A stretch of DNA of 63,994 nt, filler included, from Phoronis australis (GCA_002633005.1; 8 parts of 8 records of this genome joined end to end with filler, not necessarily neighbours in it); one strand, 5' to 3'; positions 1 to 13,139 are shown, numbered from the whole stretch's first letter. The notes: generated by a model not told the origin, from the sequence alone. Program-made: numbers and translations.

Positions 1-198
1 CTCCCCATTTGGCGAAGTGGGCAAAAAGGTCCATCTCAGAGAAACGAAAAGTCCGAGAAAAGGAGACAGAAGTCCACTAAAAAAGATGCATACGCACAGT
101 TCTGAAAGGTGGTACCCCGTTTTTTTAGTCCTCTCGATTTTTTGTCCACATGGACAGAAATTCGAGCCCCCCGTTTTCAAGGCTGGGCGTGTGCATGC
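1..198. mobile_element. Right part of a CATG-terminal MITE (same family as 52784-53072)
   Basis: ccccatttggc-aagt...aagtccactaa core shared with 52823-52900; ends ...gggcgtgtgcatg. Confidence 0.55.
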
Positions 199-865
199 TC
201 GCGATTGATTAGTCTTCTAATGGGATCAGAGAATGGTACTATCTCAGTGCACTATGGTCCTACGTATTTTAAATCAAGAGTAGCGTGAATTTGACACCAC
301 TTACTTATTTCTCGGGAGTTTTGAGACTCTGCTCAGACGATGCATCATGTGGCGTACGAACTTGGAATTCAAAAACGTTACCAGAATAGGTGGCCTTTGA
401 ATAGTAAAAAACTTATCTGACTTTAAAAATACTGTTCTGTTTTGGCCCTAGCTATGATTATGGTATTCGTAAAACATCCTTTTACAACGAACATTTCAAA
501 TGTTTAAACTTCCAACAGCCATCATCTCTTACTCGGGATAAGCGCGCTTCATGCTATCAGAGGGAAATGAAGTGTAATATTTATACTTGGGCCGAAGTTC
601 TTCGAAAACACTGCCAACTGAAATGGACATAGATATCTAAGCTTGGCCAGCTAAAGGCTGAAAGTAGTGCTTCCCCTTGTGGTGTAGCTTGGTCTTTAGT
701 AACAGGCAGAGGAATGCCTATTGTTACCCAAGCCTACAGTTTAAACATCTCCACAGTAGCCCTTTATTATGAAAGTCAATGCAGGCACAATAGGGTAAGG
801 TATACAAAATCAGATAAGAGATAATGATCCCCTATAGCAGTTCTGAACCAGCTGATGGATATGGA

Positions 866-2222
866 AGAATGAAAGGTATGCTGTTAATAGCAAGTATGAG
901 GCCGTGAAACATCTCCGTGTCTATGGCCGGCATTTCGTCGACAGTGATTTCTCTGACGAATTCTGGCTTACCAAAGAACTATCCATACGTTCCGTTGCCT
1001 ATGCATGTTCATGGCGCCTCTCTAGTATTTCTTGATCAGTGTATTCCTGTTCGAACTGATAGCCTGTGAAACCTAATGATCCGACCCATGAAGTCTTCGT
1101 AGGATGAGCTCTTGTATTGGCGCCGGGTGATCGAGTTGCCATGTAGACGTTTATTATTCTGCGTTTTGTTTCAAAATGAATTATTCTCATCCTAAAATGA
1201 TCTTAACAAATGCTTATATGAAACTGAAACAAAGTCTGTCTCATTAGATACAATTTGTAATGCCTTGGAGTGCTGTGAGTGCAAATGTTTTGAGAAGCCA
1301 GCAATGAATAAACCACTGTGTTACTGGCTTTTGATGCCAGCAACAAAGGTAATTGACCAGGCACCGAGGCCGTGTGAATGCATGCTAATTCGGTGTTTGC
1401 TGACAGAAAGCTGTTGGGAAACAATTACTTGATTTTATATGCTATTGTCACATGTTAGGGGAATCTTATTTAGAAATACAAATACATTATACAAATCATT
1501 GTTACTGTACAGCCTTTGCCCTGACGGTCTGTGGAAGGGGAACCTGACTTCGCGGCCTCCGACAAGAAAGTAGATTTTCTGAGTTTCGTGGCTAATTCAC
1601 ATAAATAATTATGTGCACATTATTTCTTTGTGGCTCACTATTATAGTCTTTTCGTGACTGGAGGTTTAGTTTCCAACTCAAACTGGTTTATGTTCGTGCC
1701 AATCCCGGCGGCAGCGATGGGGTTCCGAGCCACTGGCCCGGGATAACAAGCGTTTTGTGTGTCTAGAACTCAAACAATCACAAGTTTAAACAACACAGAT
1801 CTCAATTCTCCTATCTATATTTCACGGAAGAATACTTCGAATTTATCTCCAAACAGACCCCAAACTCCTGCTACGGACCTTGGCATATTGGCCTGCCGTG
1901 GCTACGGTGTGTCCAAATGCCAATAAATCCGTAACAGCGAAATATAACAAGTTTTTATAAGAACTCGGTGTATTTTTAAGGGTTTTACATCGAAGATGAT
2001 TTATTGGTGTTAATTGATGAATTCAAGCGATAAGCTGACACCACTAACCCGTGTTGTGAACTGCTGAACATACTGCGTGTGAAACCAATTACGTCATTGG
2101 GTAATTTCAACACCTCCGTCTGTCGTCAGGTGTCAGGTAGTGCAACCGAACCTGCCGTTATCGAGTAGAACTACTTGATCTAAATTGATGCAAAATAGTT
2201 TTTTTTTAGGCGGCATTCTTGT
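866..2222 (+). mobile_element. 5'-truncated Kolobok-like element with decayed THAP remnant
   Basis: Reverse-complement copy of 11417-12850; encodes KHLRVYGRHFVDSDF (THAP C-terminal motif) near 908-953; ends ggcattcttgt followed by TTAA (2223-2226). Confidence 0.75.
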
Positions 2223-2319
2223 TTAAGAGTGTCTGTCCTTGGTTACTCGGGTTACTAACAACAGTTATCTGGAGCCGAATTTACCAATGACGCTCAGGGC
2301 GTTACTCAAGTGAGGGGAA

Positions 2320-2520
2320 AGTAGTCACTCACCACTGTCTCTACTGGCGGTGGAGCTTCTAAAGGCGCTACATACGGTGGAAGCTTTTCGGCAAATTATA
2401 CCTTACACTGACTAAACCATCAAAGTCACTGACACCTTAGGAGGCCGTCGATGTATTTAATTCCTGCCAACTCAAACAAATTACTCCCGTTATCAAACTT
2501 TTTCTGTGAGCAGTCCCTCG
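2320..2520. mobile_element. Fragment of long-TIR TAG..CTA foldback family
   Basis: gaagcttttcggcaaattat...gacaccttaggaggccgtcgatg...gagcagtccctcg matches the arms of 16802-17746 and 48898-49480. Confidence 0.65.
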
Positions 2521-2700
2521 TAGTCGCGGGTTCCCTGCGTGCCAGCAGGCAGGTATCACTTAATTTTCCTCGGGAAATTTTTTTACTCCGGCATTTCTGA
2601 TTGGCTGATCAAATTCTCAACAGGCAGCGCTTTACGCAAACTGGCACGACTGATGGAGAAAGTGTAACTGTGGTTTGTTGTACAGAAAATAAAAATCTGT
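2521..2700. mobile_element. Partial copy of the TIR element at 4491-5085
   Basis: ggttccctgcgtgcc...gcaggtatcacttaattttcct...gcgctttacgcaaa shared with 4497-4690. Confidence 0.65.
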
Positions 2701-3284
2701 GCTTACAACAGATTCAGAATTCTCGTTGTCTCTAAATTCTAAAAATGTGGTCATAGTACGCCCCTTACCAGCTACTTTTTTCGCAATTCGGATCTGTCTG
2801 ACAGCCACCTGAAATTACACCTGTTTTCTCAGTCAGCAGGCGACGGGTTGAAACCAGGTCACGGCTAAAAAATTTGGCTTTTCTCATTCAAAAACGCAAG
2901 TAATTCACTTTGAAAATTTTTAATACAACTAAACTTTTTAGCACTTTTTTGTGATGGATGTAGGGCACCGTGATATCCAGGAGTTGACCTTTGACCCCAA
3001 GAGATCAATGATGTGCCAAAATTGAAATGTTATTTTTTGTTTGGGCTTCATGTGATTTCACAAATTTGATAATATAGTGAAATATACATAACTAGCTTAT
3101 TTATGACAATAATTAGCAACACACATGAAAATCAAGCTAATTTTTTAGGGTCAAGTGACCCCAAAAATGGGTCTGTTAAGGCAAAAAAATTGAAAGCTGT
3201 AGGACAGTCAAATATGTGTCATGAAGCTAGAGAGACTGGGCTTTCAGATGAGACCAGAACTGTAAGTAGTCACAATTTTATTTT

Positions 3285-3356
3285 TTTGTCTCTAGGTTGA
3301 CCTTTGTCTCTAGGTTGACCTTTGTCTCTAGGTTGACCTTTGTCTCTAGGTTGACC
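3285..3356. repeat. Tandem repeat, 18-bp unit x4
   Basis: (tttgtctctaggttgacc)4, perfect copies. Confidence 0.9.
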
Positions 3357-4199
3357 TTTTCACAGAATTGCCCTTCATAAGTTGTATTAGGAAGTAAGCG
3401 TGGGCAACATTTTGTTACATTCAACAACTTTGTATTCATTCATGTTGGAATAGAGCACTTTTTTCAGAATTGCCACAGTTCCCTCAGGTGCAGCGCTACT
3501 ATTGATTGTTTTGTCTATGCAACACGGCCCTGTTTTAATGGTCCGCTCATGACTACGCCAATCATGATCTCGATGTGACAAGCCATCACAACTTATCTGC
3601 TATTGGCATGCTGTTGCCATAGCACAACATGATTCTCACTACTAAACATCTATCATGGTGTTTTGTATGTAAACGTGTTTTCCGAAGTACTTACACCGTC
3701 CACACTCAATTCACACACAGAACTGTTGTGTACTGAGATATAAATATTAACAATCTTTCCTGAAACAGGGATTCACACACCGTCTTGTCTCACTGAAACG
3801 GACCTATGTTCTAAAGAATTAGTCATACTGCAGATGGGCACACTGATATCCGCAGTAACTTACTAGGCACCTTGGATTAAAATATTTTCATTCTTCATTG
3901 TACTTACGTCTTTTGTAAATTCTAGTAATTCTAGTTTCAAAAACATTGATAGTGTAATAAAGGTGCAAAACAGACGGTTGCCGTCTCCCTGCATAGCAAT
4001 TGATGCATCAAATGTGTGCGTTGCTCGGATGTATTTCTGAGAAATCTTGTCAACTTGCCACAAACCTTAAAGTAGATCTGATGTTTCACATGTAACAAGC
4101 TTGTTTTGAAGGAGATTTCTTCAGCAATTATGCAACTCGAAAGGAATTTTTATAAAACCTTATCACACAAAATACAAGTAACAAAACATGATAGGCAAC

Positions 4200-5765
4200 T
4201 TTTTTGCTACCACTTTGTCCCACAGCTGAGTGGCAATTTCAGTTTTTACCTTTACCTGTGTCTTCCCAGTTCACGAATGCATTTTTGTGAAATATGGCAA
4301 ATATGTTTCTATTAAGGAGGCGATGATGCCTTTTTATTTTGTAATGAATTTGACGTATTCTGCACCACTTGGTGGCCATTTTAATCATTTCAATCCCGTT
4401 TTTGGGGTCATCCTCGTTGTTCGCGAAATCACTCAAAGGATCATAATTAGGAAACTTAGGAGATGTGTTTTTGATGGTAAGACTAAAGCTCTCGCTGGTT
4501 CCCTGCGTGCCGCTAGGTGGGGCGGTAGCCGCACCAGCACGCAGGTATCACTTAATTTTCCTTGGTAAATTTTTTTACACCGGCGTTTCTGATTGGCTAG
4601 TCGAATTCTCAACAGGCAGCGCTTTACGCAAACAAACTGGCATGACTGATGGACTGAAGTGTAAATGTGGTCTGTTGTGCAGACAAATCGGTGCTTAAAA
4701 TTTATGCTCAGGAAATCCAAAGCCTAGAAATTGTGATTGCGACTTTTCGGAATGCATCTTTCTACTGTCGATGACTTTTGTTGACGATAGTGTCCTATAT
4801 TCATACAGTATGAATAACACACCGGTTAAATTGGCCAGATGTGTGTACATGTATGTGCTTCAAGTACGCGGCTATTAAACACCACTACAGAAACGAAATA
4901 CCGGTAGTAGCTGCGACACAACTTGCATGACAAGGATAAAAATCGTTCACAGTCCGCCATTTTTTTCACGGTGTTGTAAAGCTAACCAATGACTGCCGAG
5001 GTTACATCGACCAACGCTAAAGCGCGTGCCACTGCGTGATACCTGCGTGCTTGCCGCTGGGCTGAGCACGCAGGGAACCAGCGAGGACTAAAGCTGACCT
5101 TATTTTTGTATGCGTCTGACTAATGTGGCATCTACTAATAGTGTCTTTGTTGCATCCTCAGCTGTGTCTCATTAATCCTTTATAGGATCTTTATGTTGTT
5201 TTGCAAGTGTTTTCCTATAAATGTGACAAGAGCTGCCCCCTAGTGACGATTTTGTGTTTGAAATCGTTGTATTCCGCACCATGTTGCAGCCATTTTTAAT
5301 ATTTTTGATTTTTTGTTGTCTGCCTCTGTATCTGCCCAATCGGGCTCTGAGCATCATCATGTTAAGAAGACGGACAGGATTTTCAAGAGTTCAACTATTG
5401 TGGTGCCCCCTATCAGATTTTTTTGCATCTGTGGCTGTTTCTCCCTAACCCTTACAATGTCTTTTCTAAGTTTGGGACGTTTATTTGTGTTGTGAACTTG
5501 TAAACTTGACAGATGGGTGAATCGGTTTACCACTTTGCACCCTAATAGGAATTTATTTTTTCATGTTTGCCTCTCTTTCTTAGGAATTCTCTGATGGATT
5601 AATTAATGAAATTTGATACAAGTTTTCTATTTGGGAGACGATGACACCTTTAAATTTTTGGGACTAGTTGCACACATTTTGCACCTTCTAATAGTAATAA
5701 TACTAATAATGGCCCCTGGAAGCATACCCTTTGTGGTTGCAGTCGTGGGTGCACTCTGTATTGGT
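4200..5765 (+). mobile_element. Degraded Helentron/DINE-1-like element interrupted by a TIR element
   Basis: Same ~100-bp internal units (ccac/ccc-tagtggc...gattttcatgaaatttg) as 30510-31853; 3' gtgggtgca motif near 5744. Confidence 0.5.
4491..5085. mobile_element. Non-autonomous TIR DNA transposon
   Basis: ctcgctggttccctgcgtgc ... gcacgcagggaaccagcgag inverted termini; flanked by perfect direct repeat gactaaagct (4481-4490 and 5086-5095). Confidence 0.75.
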
Positions 5766-6496
5766 GTTGTTGGGATCTGCAAACCAACACATTGACACAG
5801 CCAAAGTCACTAATTGTTTTTATTATATCATAAAACTTAAGCTAAATTATTAGATCGTATGTCAGTCATTCATTTGGTCAGTCAGCTACCAGTTTTTTAC
5901 CTTAACTGTTGTGGAGAGATTTTGAATACACAGTCAATGGACCAAGGAAAACTCAATTTATTTTTGGTAAACACATTCAGAATAGTTGTTTTAATGCAAA
6001 ACAATGTAGGTACTATGGTCTTCTGGTATCAATTTGGCCACAAGGTGCATGTGTGTCAGCTGATGGTCAGAGCGCATGTGCTAAAGCTTAGGCACATGAC
6101 ATTCGAATTGAAAGTGAAGATATTAGTCTTTGTAAACACAACTCTGGATCCATTTCATGAAACTTTTTCTGAATTAAATTACACCAAAATGAGATTAACT
6201 CAAGACCAAAATGTCTGCCAAGTGTTTCATGAGATTTCTTATGTCTAAACCAAGACCAAAAGTTAGCTTGCTTCAGGAGTAGTCGCTTTTGGTGTATGTG
6301 GCCAAGACTGTTATCACTGTTAACTGTTGATGAACAATTGTGTTGGTATGTTTAATTGTTTACATTCGAATGCTCCTGAACATGTTGTGGAAGATTGTTT
6401 GCTTTCAATTGAAGAACGTAAGGACAATATACCGGGTGGTGCTTGTTAATGTACTAGACATGTGAAATAATATTTGAGATCATCGTGACTGATGGT

Positions 6497-7768
6497 GTTG
6501 TCATCAGTGTTGGAGATGGCGTCATTGTGAGTGATGTAGCGTTGTCATCAGTGCTGGAGAGGGCATCATTGTGAGTGATATAGGGTTGTCATCATTGTTG
6601 GAGGTGGCATCATTGTGAGTGATATAGGGTTGTCATCATTGTTGGAGGTGGCATCATTGTGAGTGATATAGGGTTGTCATCATTGTGAGTGATATAGCGT
6701 TGTCATCATTGTTGGAGATGGCATCATTGTGAGTGATATAGGGTTGTCATCAGTGTTGGAGATGGCGTCATTGTGAGTGATGTAGCGTTGTCATCAGTGT
6801 TGGAGAGGGCATCATTGTGAGTGATATAGGGTTGTCATCATTGTTGGAGGTGGCATCATTGTGAGTGATATAGGGTTGTCATCATTGTTGGAGGTGGCAT
6901 CATTGTGAGTGATATAGGGTTGTCATCATTGTTGGAGATGTCATCATTGTGAGTGATATAGGGTTGTCATCATTGTTGGAGATGGCATCATTGTGAGTGA
7001 TATAGGGTTGTCATCAGTGTTGGAGATGTCATCATTGTGAGTGATATAGCGTTGTCATCATTGTTGGAGATGGCATCATTGTGAGTGATATAGGGTTGTC
7101 ATCAGTGTTGGAGATGTCATCATTGTGAGTGATATAGGGTTGTCATCATTGTTGGAGATGGCATCATTGTGAGTGATATAGGGTTGTCATCAGTGTTGGA
7201 GATGTCATCATTGTGAGTGATATAGCGTTGTCATCATTGTTGGAGATGTCATCATTGTGAGTGATATAGGGTTGTCATCAGTGTTGGAGATGTCATCATT
7301 GTGAGTGATATAGCGTTGTCATCAGTGTTGGAGATGTCATCATTGTGAGTGATATAGGGTTGTCATCATTGTTGGAGATGGCATCATTGTGAGTGATATA
7401 GCGTTGTCATCAGTGTTGGAGATGGCATCATTGTGAGTGATATAGGGTTGTCATCAGTGTTGGAGATGTCATCATTGTGAGTGATATAGCGTTGTCATCA
7501 GTGTTGGAGATGTCATCATTGTGAGTGATATAGGGTTGTCATCATTGTGAGTGATATAGCGTTGTCATCATTGTTGGAGATGGCATCATTGTGAGTGATA
7601 TAGGGTTGTCATCAGTGTTGGAGATGGCATCATTGTGAGTGATATAGCGTTGTCATCAGTGTTGGAGATGTCATCATTGTGAGTGATATAGGGTTGTCAT
7701 CATTGTTGGAGATGTCATCATTGTGAGTGATATAGCGTTGTCATCAGTGTTGGAGGTGGCATCATTGT
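6497..7768. repeat. 44-bp minisatellite (~29 units) with 26-bp deletion variants
   Basis: Unit gttgtcatca(t/g)tgttggagatg(g/t)catcattgtgagtgatatag(g/c). Confidence 0.95.
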
Positions 7769-8243
7769 CTACAGTTATTTTTGTGTTGGATTCACTGGAA
7801 GCATTGTCGAAGTTGGTGTTGTGGCCGTCTTCTGCATTTTGTTGGTGTCATTGTGGTTGTTGTCTGGTGTCATTGCGTTTGTCCTAGTACTTCTATCTTC
7901 AGTCGATTTTGCCATGTATCATTCTGTAAAAACATTTTCATATATTTGTTTTAAATTAGTTTTATTTATTCTCCCAATTGTAATTTGATAGTCAGTGCAA
8001 TAAGCCTGTGACTCATCTTTCCAGTTACTAAATATCTGATTGAGGGTGTAAGCCAACTCCAATAAAATTTGAAACGTTTTCCGGTGTCTTTCGTAACAGA
8101 AACGGAATGTTATCACAGTAAGGAATATTAAGAGACAGATTTCATGAGAGTAAACCACCGAATTTGACTTTTGTGTTATTATCAAGCCTATGCTGGCAAA
8201 ATGTAGCTTCGAGTTACAGTGAAAACTATTTTCATTGCAGACA

Positions 8244-9056
8244 ATGCGTGAACGACCTGGATTTAACCACACGGGAGTCTTGGTGATGGCCATCATCCAC
8301 CTTGTGGCCGGAATCTTCTCAATCATCTTTGGAGCTGTGCAGATTGGTGTTCGCAGTCATCTTGGTTACGTTGGCTATGGAATCTGGTGCGGAGCCATCT
8401 ATTGTGTGCCAGGAGCTCTTGGCATAACGTCATGGAGGTTCAAGAACAATGGCAACATTATTGCCCTGATGGTCATGTGTATCATCACATCCATTTTTGC
8501 CATTAATATGCTCGGATTCTCTATAGCCTCCCTTATAATGGATGTTGGCTACAATGGTTGGTACACATGCTTCTGGTGTACTAGAGCTGTGTATGCTGAA
8601 GTTATCCTCATCTTCCTCTCTCTGCTCGTCTTTGTCACCTCCATTGTGTGCTCTGCCTTTTGTTGCAGGGCCGTCTGCTGTGGACCTAGTAGTCAGCCAA
8701 CTGGCGTCGTCATTGGCTATGCCAACAGCACCCAGCAGGTGATGTACCCAGGCCAACAGGTGATGTATGTCCCTGCCCAGGGCATGCAGCCGCAATACGT
8801 TACCCATGGATACGGCCAGGCTCAGCTTGTGACCCCTACAGGGGCTGTTGCCCAGCAAGGGTATATCTACAGCCAGCCGCAGGTCATGGCGGCAGGGCAG
8901 CCGCATATGGTCTATAGTGCACCTCAACAAGCTGTCACGCCTCAACCACAAGAGAGACAGGCCCAAGCTAGTGGAGAAACTGCCCCTGTCTATACGAGTC
9001 TGGAAGAGAACACAGCCAAGGACGGTGGTTTCAACTACACCCAGCTCCAGAGTTAG
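8244..9056 (+). CDS. MS4A/CD20-like four-TM membrane protein with Q/P/Y-rich C-terminal tail (single coding exon)
   Basis: Acceptor ttttcattgcag ends 8240, ATG at 8244; four hydrophobic helices, GYGIWCG motif typical of MS4A, Cys-rich CSAFCCRAVCC after TM4; TAG at 9054-9056. Confidence 0.88.
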   Translation: MRERPGFNHTGVLVMAIIHLVAGIFSIIFGAVQIGVRSHLGYVGYGIWCGAIYCVPGALGITSWRFKNNGNIIALMVMCIITSIFAINMLGFSIASLIMDVGYNGWYTCFWCTRAVYAEVILIFLSLLVFVTSIVCSAFCCRAVCCGPSSQPTGVVIGYANSTQQVMYPGQQVMYVPAQGMQPQYVTHGYGQAQLVTPTGAVAQQGYIYSQPQVMAAGQPHMVYSAPQQAVTPQPQERQAQASGETAPVYTSLEENTAKDGGFNYTQLQS

Positions 9057-9732
9057 ATGTAACTGTATAGATTGCAGTTTTCTATGTATGAACACTTATT
9101 GGTGTAGTCCAGATACCTTAGTCATATATTATTATATTATCCAGCTTGCAGCTTCATTTGCTTGGCCTTGACACTATCAGAAGTCCCACAACAGGTAACA
9201 TTTGTTGTTTGGTATCTGAAATTTCAAAGTAGTTGCCCAAGTGGCTAGTTGAGTTGAACAGTGAATTCTTATATGTAGATTGAATGACACGCAACAGAAG
9301 TTGCAAGTTTCTAGCCCATCTAGATGATTGCACCACTCAATAATTTGTTTCACCTTGGGCCTGGGACAGGCAAAAAGTAATAGTCAAACCATATTAATTT
9401 TGTTTATTTGTATGTGAAGTGATTATTACCCATCATTGTTGAAAATTTTGTTGATCATAAACAGATATGTAAGGTTGAATCTCACGTCAGTTTGTTCACT
9501 GTAACTGCAAGTCAGTGAGTGGAATGTTGTGTACTGGCAACTTGCCAGAATTTTCAATAGTTTTTTCAGGGCTTTCATCTGAGAATGTAAAAGTGGTGAA
9601 AGAGGCTATTGTAGGTAGAACCCTGTACCAATGGTCCATTATCATATCCTAGAAATGGCTAGTTGGATTTATATGAAACTTTCAGATATTCTTTTTGTAC
9701 TGTGCTCCTTTTTAGTAATATTAGCCATGAAA

Positions 9733-9738
9733 AATAAA
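9733..9738 (+). promoter_or_regulatory. Candidate polyadenylation signal of the MS4A-like gene
   Basis: AATAAA ~680 nt after the stop, followed by T/GT-rich sequence. Confidence 0.4.
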
Positions 9739-11416
9739 ATTGTTCCTTTATGATTTTCATGGAAAATGTGGTCTTTTATGATTTTCCTGAAAAAAAAATG
9801 AAATTGCATGAAAAACGAAATTATATCTTAAAAAAACTGTAGTAACATTTTGTATCTTTTCTTGGACATTTATATCAAAACAAAATTTGATCATGTTATT
9901 AAAATACTTTTGCTTTGCTGAATTTTACTGACATGATGAAAGTGGAGTGTTGAAATGGGCTCATGATAGCGTTGCAAACGGTGTGCTACTATGGGTGATT
10001 TTAGTTCAAAAATGGCCGTTAAATGCAACAGAATGTGTCAAGCCCATCCGAATTTAGAAGGTGGCGCCATCTCTGTAATACACAACCATTTGGCAAATTT
10101 CATGAAAATAGGCCAAGGAACTACTACTACGATATAGAGGCAAAACGTACAAAAATATTGACACCAGGGGTGACAGCTATAGTCCGATTGGTATGAAACT
10201 CGTGGTCATCTGTTGCCGTCTCTAGGAGCCCATTTACCAAATTTCTTAAATCTCCTTCAGAGGGATAAGGAGGTACAGCTGTAGACGCAAAAAAATAAAA
10301 TTGCGCCAAGGGAGAACAGTCGAAAAATCCGTCTGAATATAGAATGTCATCATTATCGCCTTATCACATGATTAAAAACCTATTTGCCCTATTTCATGAC
10401 AATCCATCAAGAAACTCTGATAAAGAGGAAAAGAGTGATCACTTGAATGTCACCAATGGTCCTGTTCAAGAGCTGGGCCCCTTAATACGAAAAGATCTGT
10501 ATTTTTAAAAGTCAGGAAATGACACCAATTGATGTTATCTGCCAGGCAATCACTTTTCTCAATTGATACACAATTTAGAGAAAGAAAAATACCAAAAAAT
10601 AGAGCGGCAGTTGTCTTTGTTTTCCTTTGCTAGAGAAGGGTCTGTGGAAAATATAATTTTGCATTTCTGCACTTGCAAAACTTGTCTTTTTGAATTAAAA
10701 AATTTAGTGAATTAATATGTTCTGCAAGAGCTTAACTTTACGAATTTTCTCGATTTTTCGAAATACATGTATGAATGATAAAGTGCTCGTTTTCAAAGTG
10801 CGTTTAGACGACCTACATATATGCAGCAAAAACGAAGACCCTAACAAAAATGTCCTGGTCAGGGACCTCAAAGGGTAAACCATGCACTGATACTGCGTTG
10901 TCAAATGTTCTCTTGAATTTTCTCTCTTATCCGTATTCATAGTCTTTCTTTTCTCGGCTGCCCCGGTCCCAAGCCTATGTCGTTTGCCATGGTTTAATTC
11001 TGACGCCTGCAAATTTTTTTTTTGGGGGGGGGCAGGTCCACCCCGGCCTCCTCGCTTCTTACTGCCCTGGAATGGCATTTATTTCAGTTTTGCTTGCTAG
11101 TGGGAAATTGAAGTTTGGCAGGAAAGTCAGGTACAGACACTTAAGATATGCAAAAAAAATCTGACTGGTGGACTCCTTTTTTAGCTGATTTATGTAATCT
11201 GGAGAGTTTTGAGCCTGATTGCACTGTCTCTTAGTTCTTAGTCACGGTTATCGCTCACAAATGGTGGATTTGTGTGAAAACTGCTGATTTGGTGTATGTT
11301 CATTCGTTTTTTAAAGCGTTATAAACTACCAGTTGCATACTTTCAACATTTAGCCGCGTTTCCCGAATGTCTAGTCCTGGGCGACTATTTCAGCCGATTT
11401 CATAAAGGTGGTTTAA

Positions 11417-13139
11417 AGGAGAATGCCACCCAAAAAACAACCTATTTTGTATCAATTTAGATCGAGTGGTTCTACTCGACAACGGGACGTTCGGTTGCGC
11501 TACCTGACGGCAGACGGAGGTGTTGAAATTATCCAATGACGTCATTGGTTTCACACGCACTCTGTTCAGCAGTTCACAACACGGGTTACTAGTGTCAGCT
11601 TATCGCTTGAATTCATCGTTTAACACCAATAAATCATCAAACATCGACGTAATGCCCTTAAAAATACACCGAGTTCTTATAAAAACGGTGTTGTTTTATT
11701 TCACTGTTACGGATTTATTGGTATTTGGACACACCGTAGCCTACAAAGTTCGGCAGCCCAATTTACCAAGGTCCGTAGCAGGAAGTTGAGGTCTTTTCGG
11801 AGATAAATTCGAATTATTCTTCCATGAATTACAGACAAGAAAACCTAGATCTGTGTTGTTTAGATTTGTGATTTTTTGATGAGTTCTACTGAAACGTTTG
11901 TTATCCAGGCCAGTGGCTCGGAACCCGATCAGGCCCGTCGCGGCCGGACTGACTCGTTATCCCGGCCAGTGGCTTGGAACCCGATCAGGCCCGTCGCGGC
12001 CGCCGGAACTGGCACGAACATAAACCAGCTTGAGTTGGAAACTAAACCTCCAGTCACGAAAATATTATAATAGTGAGGCAAAGAAATAATGTACTCATAA
12101 TTATTTATGTGAATTAGCCACGAAACTGCTTACTACTTACTTGTCGGGGGCCGCGAAGTCGGGTTCCCCATCCACAGACCGTCAAGGCAAAGGTTGCACA
12201 GTAACAATGATTTGAATAATGTATTTGTATTTCTAAATAAAGGTTTCCCTAATATGTGACCACAGGATATAAAATCGAGTAATTGTTTCACAACAGCTTT
12301 CTGTCAGCAAACACTGAATTATCATGCGCTCACACGGCCTCAGTGCCCGGTCAATTTTCCTTTATTGCCGGCATCAAAAGCCGGTAACGCAGTGGTTTAT
12401 TCATTGCTGGCTTCTCAACTTTTGCACTCACAAATGCTCCAAATGCATTACATCTAATGACACGTAGACTTTAATTGTTAATCAGTTTGATATAAGCATT
12501 GGTTATGATGAAATGATGAAAATAATTCATTTTGAAACAGAACGCAGAATAATAAACGTCTACATGGCAACTCGCCCGGCGCCAATCCCGACTTAGTCAA
12601 GAGCTCGTCCGACGAAGACTCCATGGGTCGGATCGTTAGGTTTCACAGGCTATCAGTTCGAACCAGAATACACTGATCAAGAAATACTAGAGAGGCGCCG
12701 TGAACATGCACAGGCAACGTAACGTATGGATAGTTCTTTGGTTAGCCGGAATTTGTCAGAGAAATCACTGTCGACGAAATACCGGCCACAGACACGGAGA
12801 TGTTTCACGGTGTCGTAACTTGCTATTAACAGCGTACCTTTCATTCTTCACTACCGCAAGCCACTTCCTAAGCATTTCGGGCTCTCGAGGAAGTCGAAAA
12901 AATGACATGCCAGCTTTCTTCGCAGCTTCATATTTCGGGCAAGCGGGAACGATTGACCGCAATATAGCTCGGCATTCACTCTGCAGACGAACCACTGACG
13001 TGGCTGCGTTGTTTCTCGCCTTCCTCACAGGTTAACGCGTCACCTCTCGGCAAGGTTGGGTCGACCGAATAAGAGGCGATGTGGATATAGACCGATTAAG
13101 ACGGTAAAAAAGACTAATTAAATCGGGTGATATTCTTCT
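11417..13139 (-). mobile_element. Kolobok-like non-autonomous transposon with frameshifted THAP domain
   Basis: TTAA on both sides (11413-11416, 13140-13143); imperfect TIR aggagaatgccacc / agaagaatatcacc; minus ORF 12765-13028 has VPAC..GMSFFRLP..W and shifts to KHLRVCGRYFVDSDF; uninterrupted site with one TTAA seen in the paralog at 14853. Confidence 0.85.

Noticed and set aside
6497-7768. CRISPR array or repeat-encoded protein
   Set aside because: No unique spacers; the 44-bp period is not a multiple of 3 and stops occur; eukaryotic context
8430-9095. 221-aa minus-strand ORF
   Set aside because: Antisense shadow of the MS4A-like CDS with no recognisable motifs
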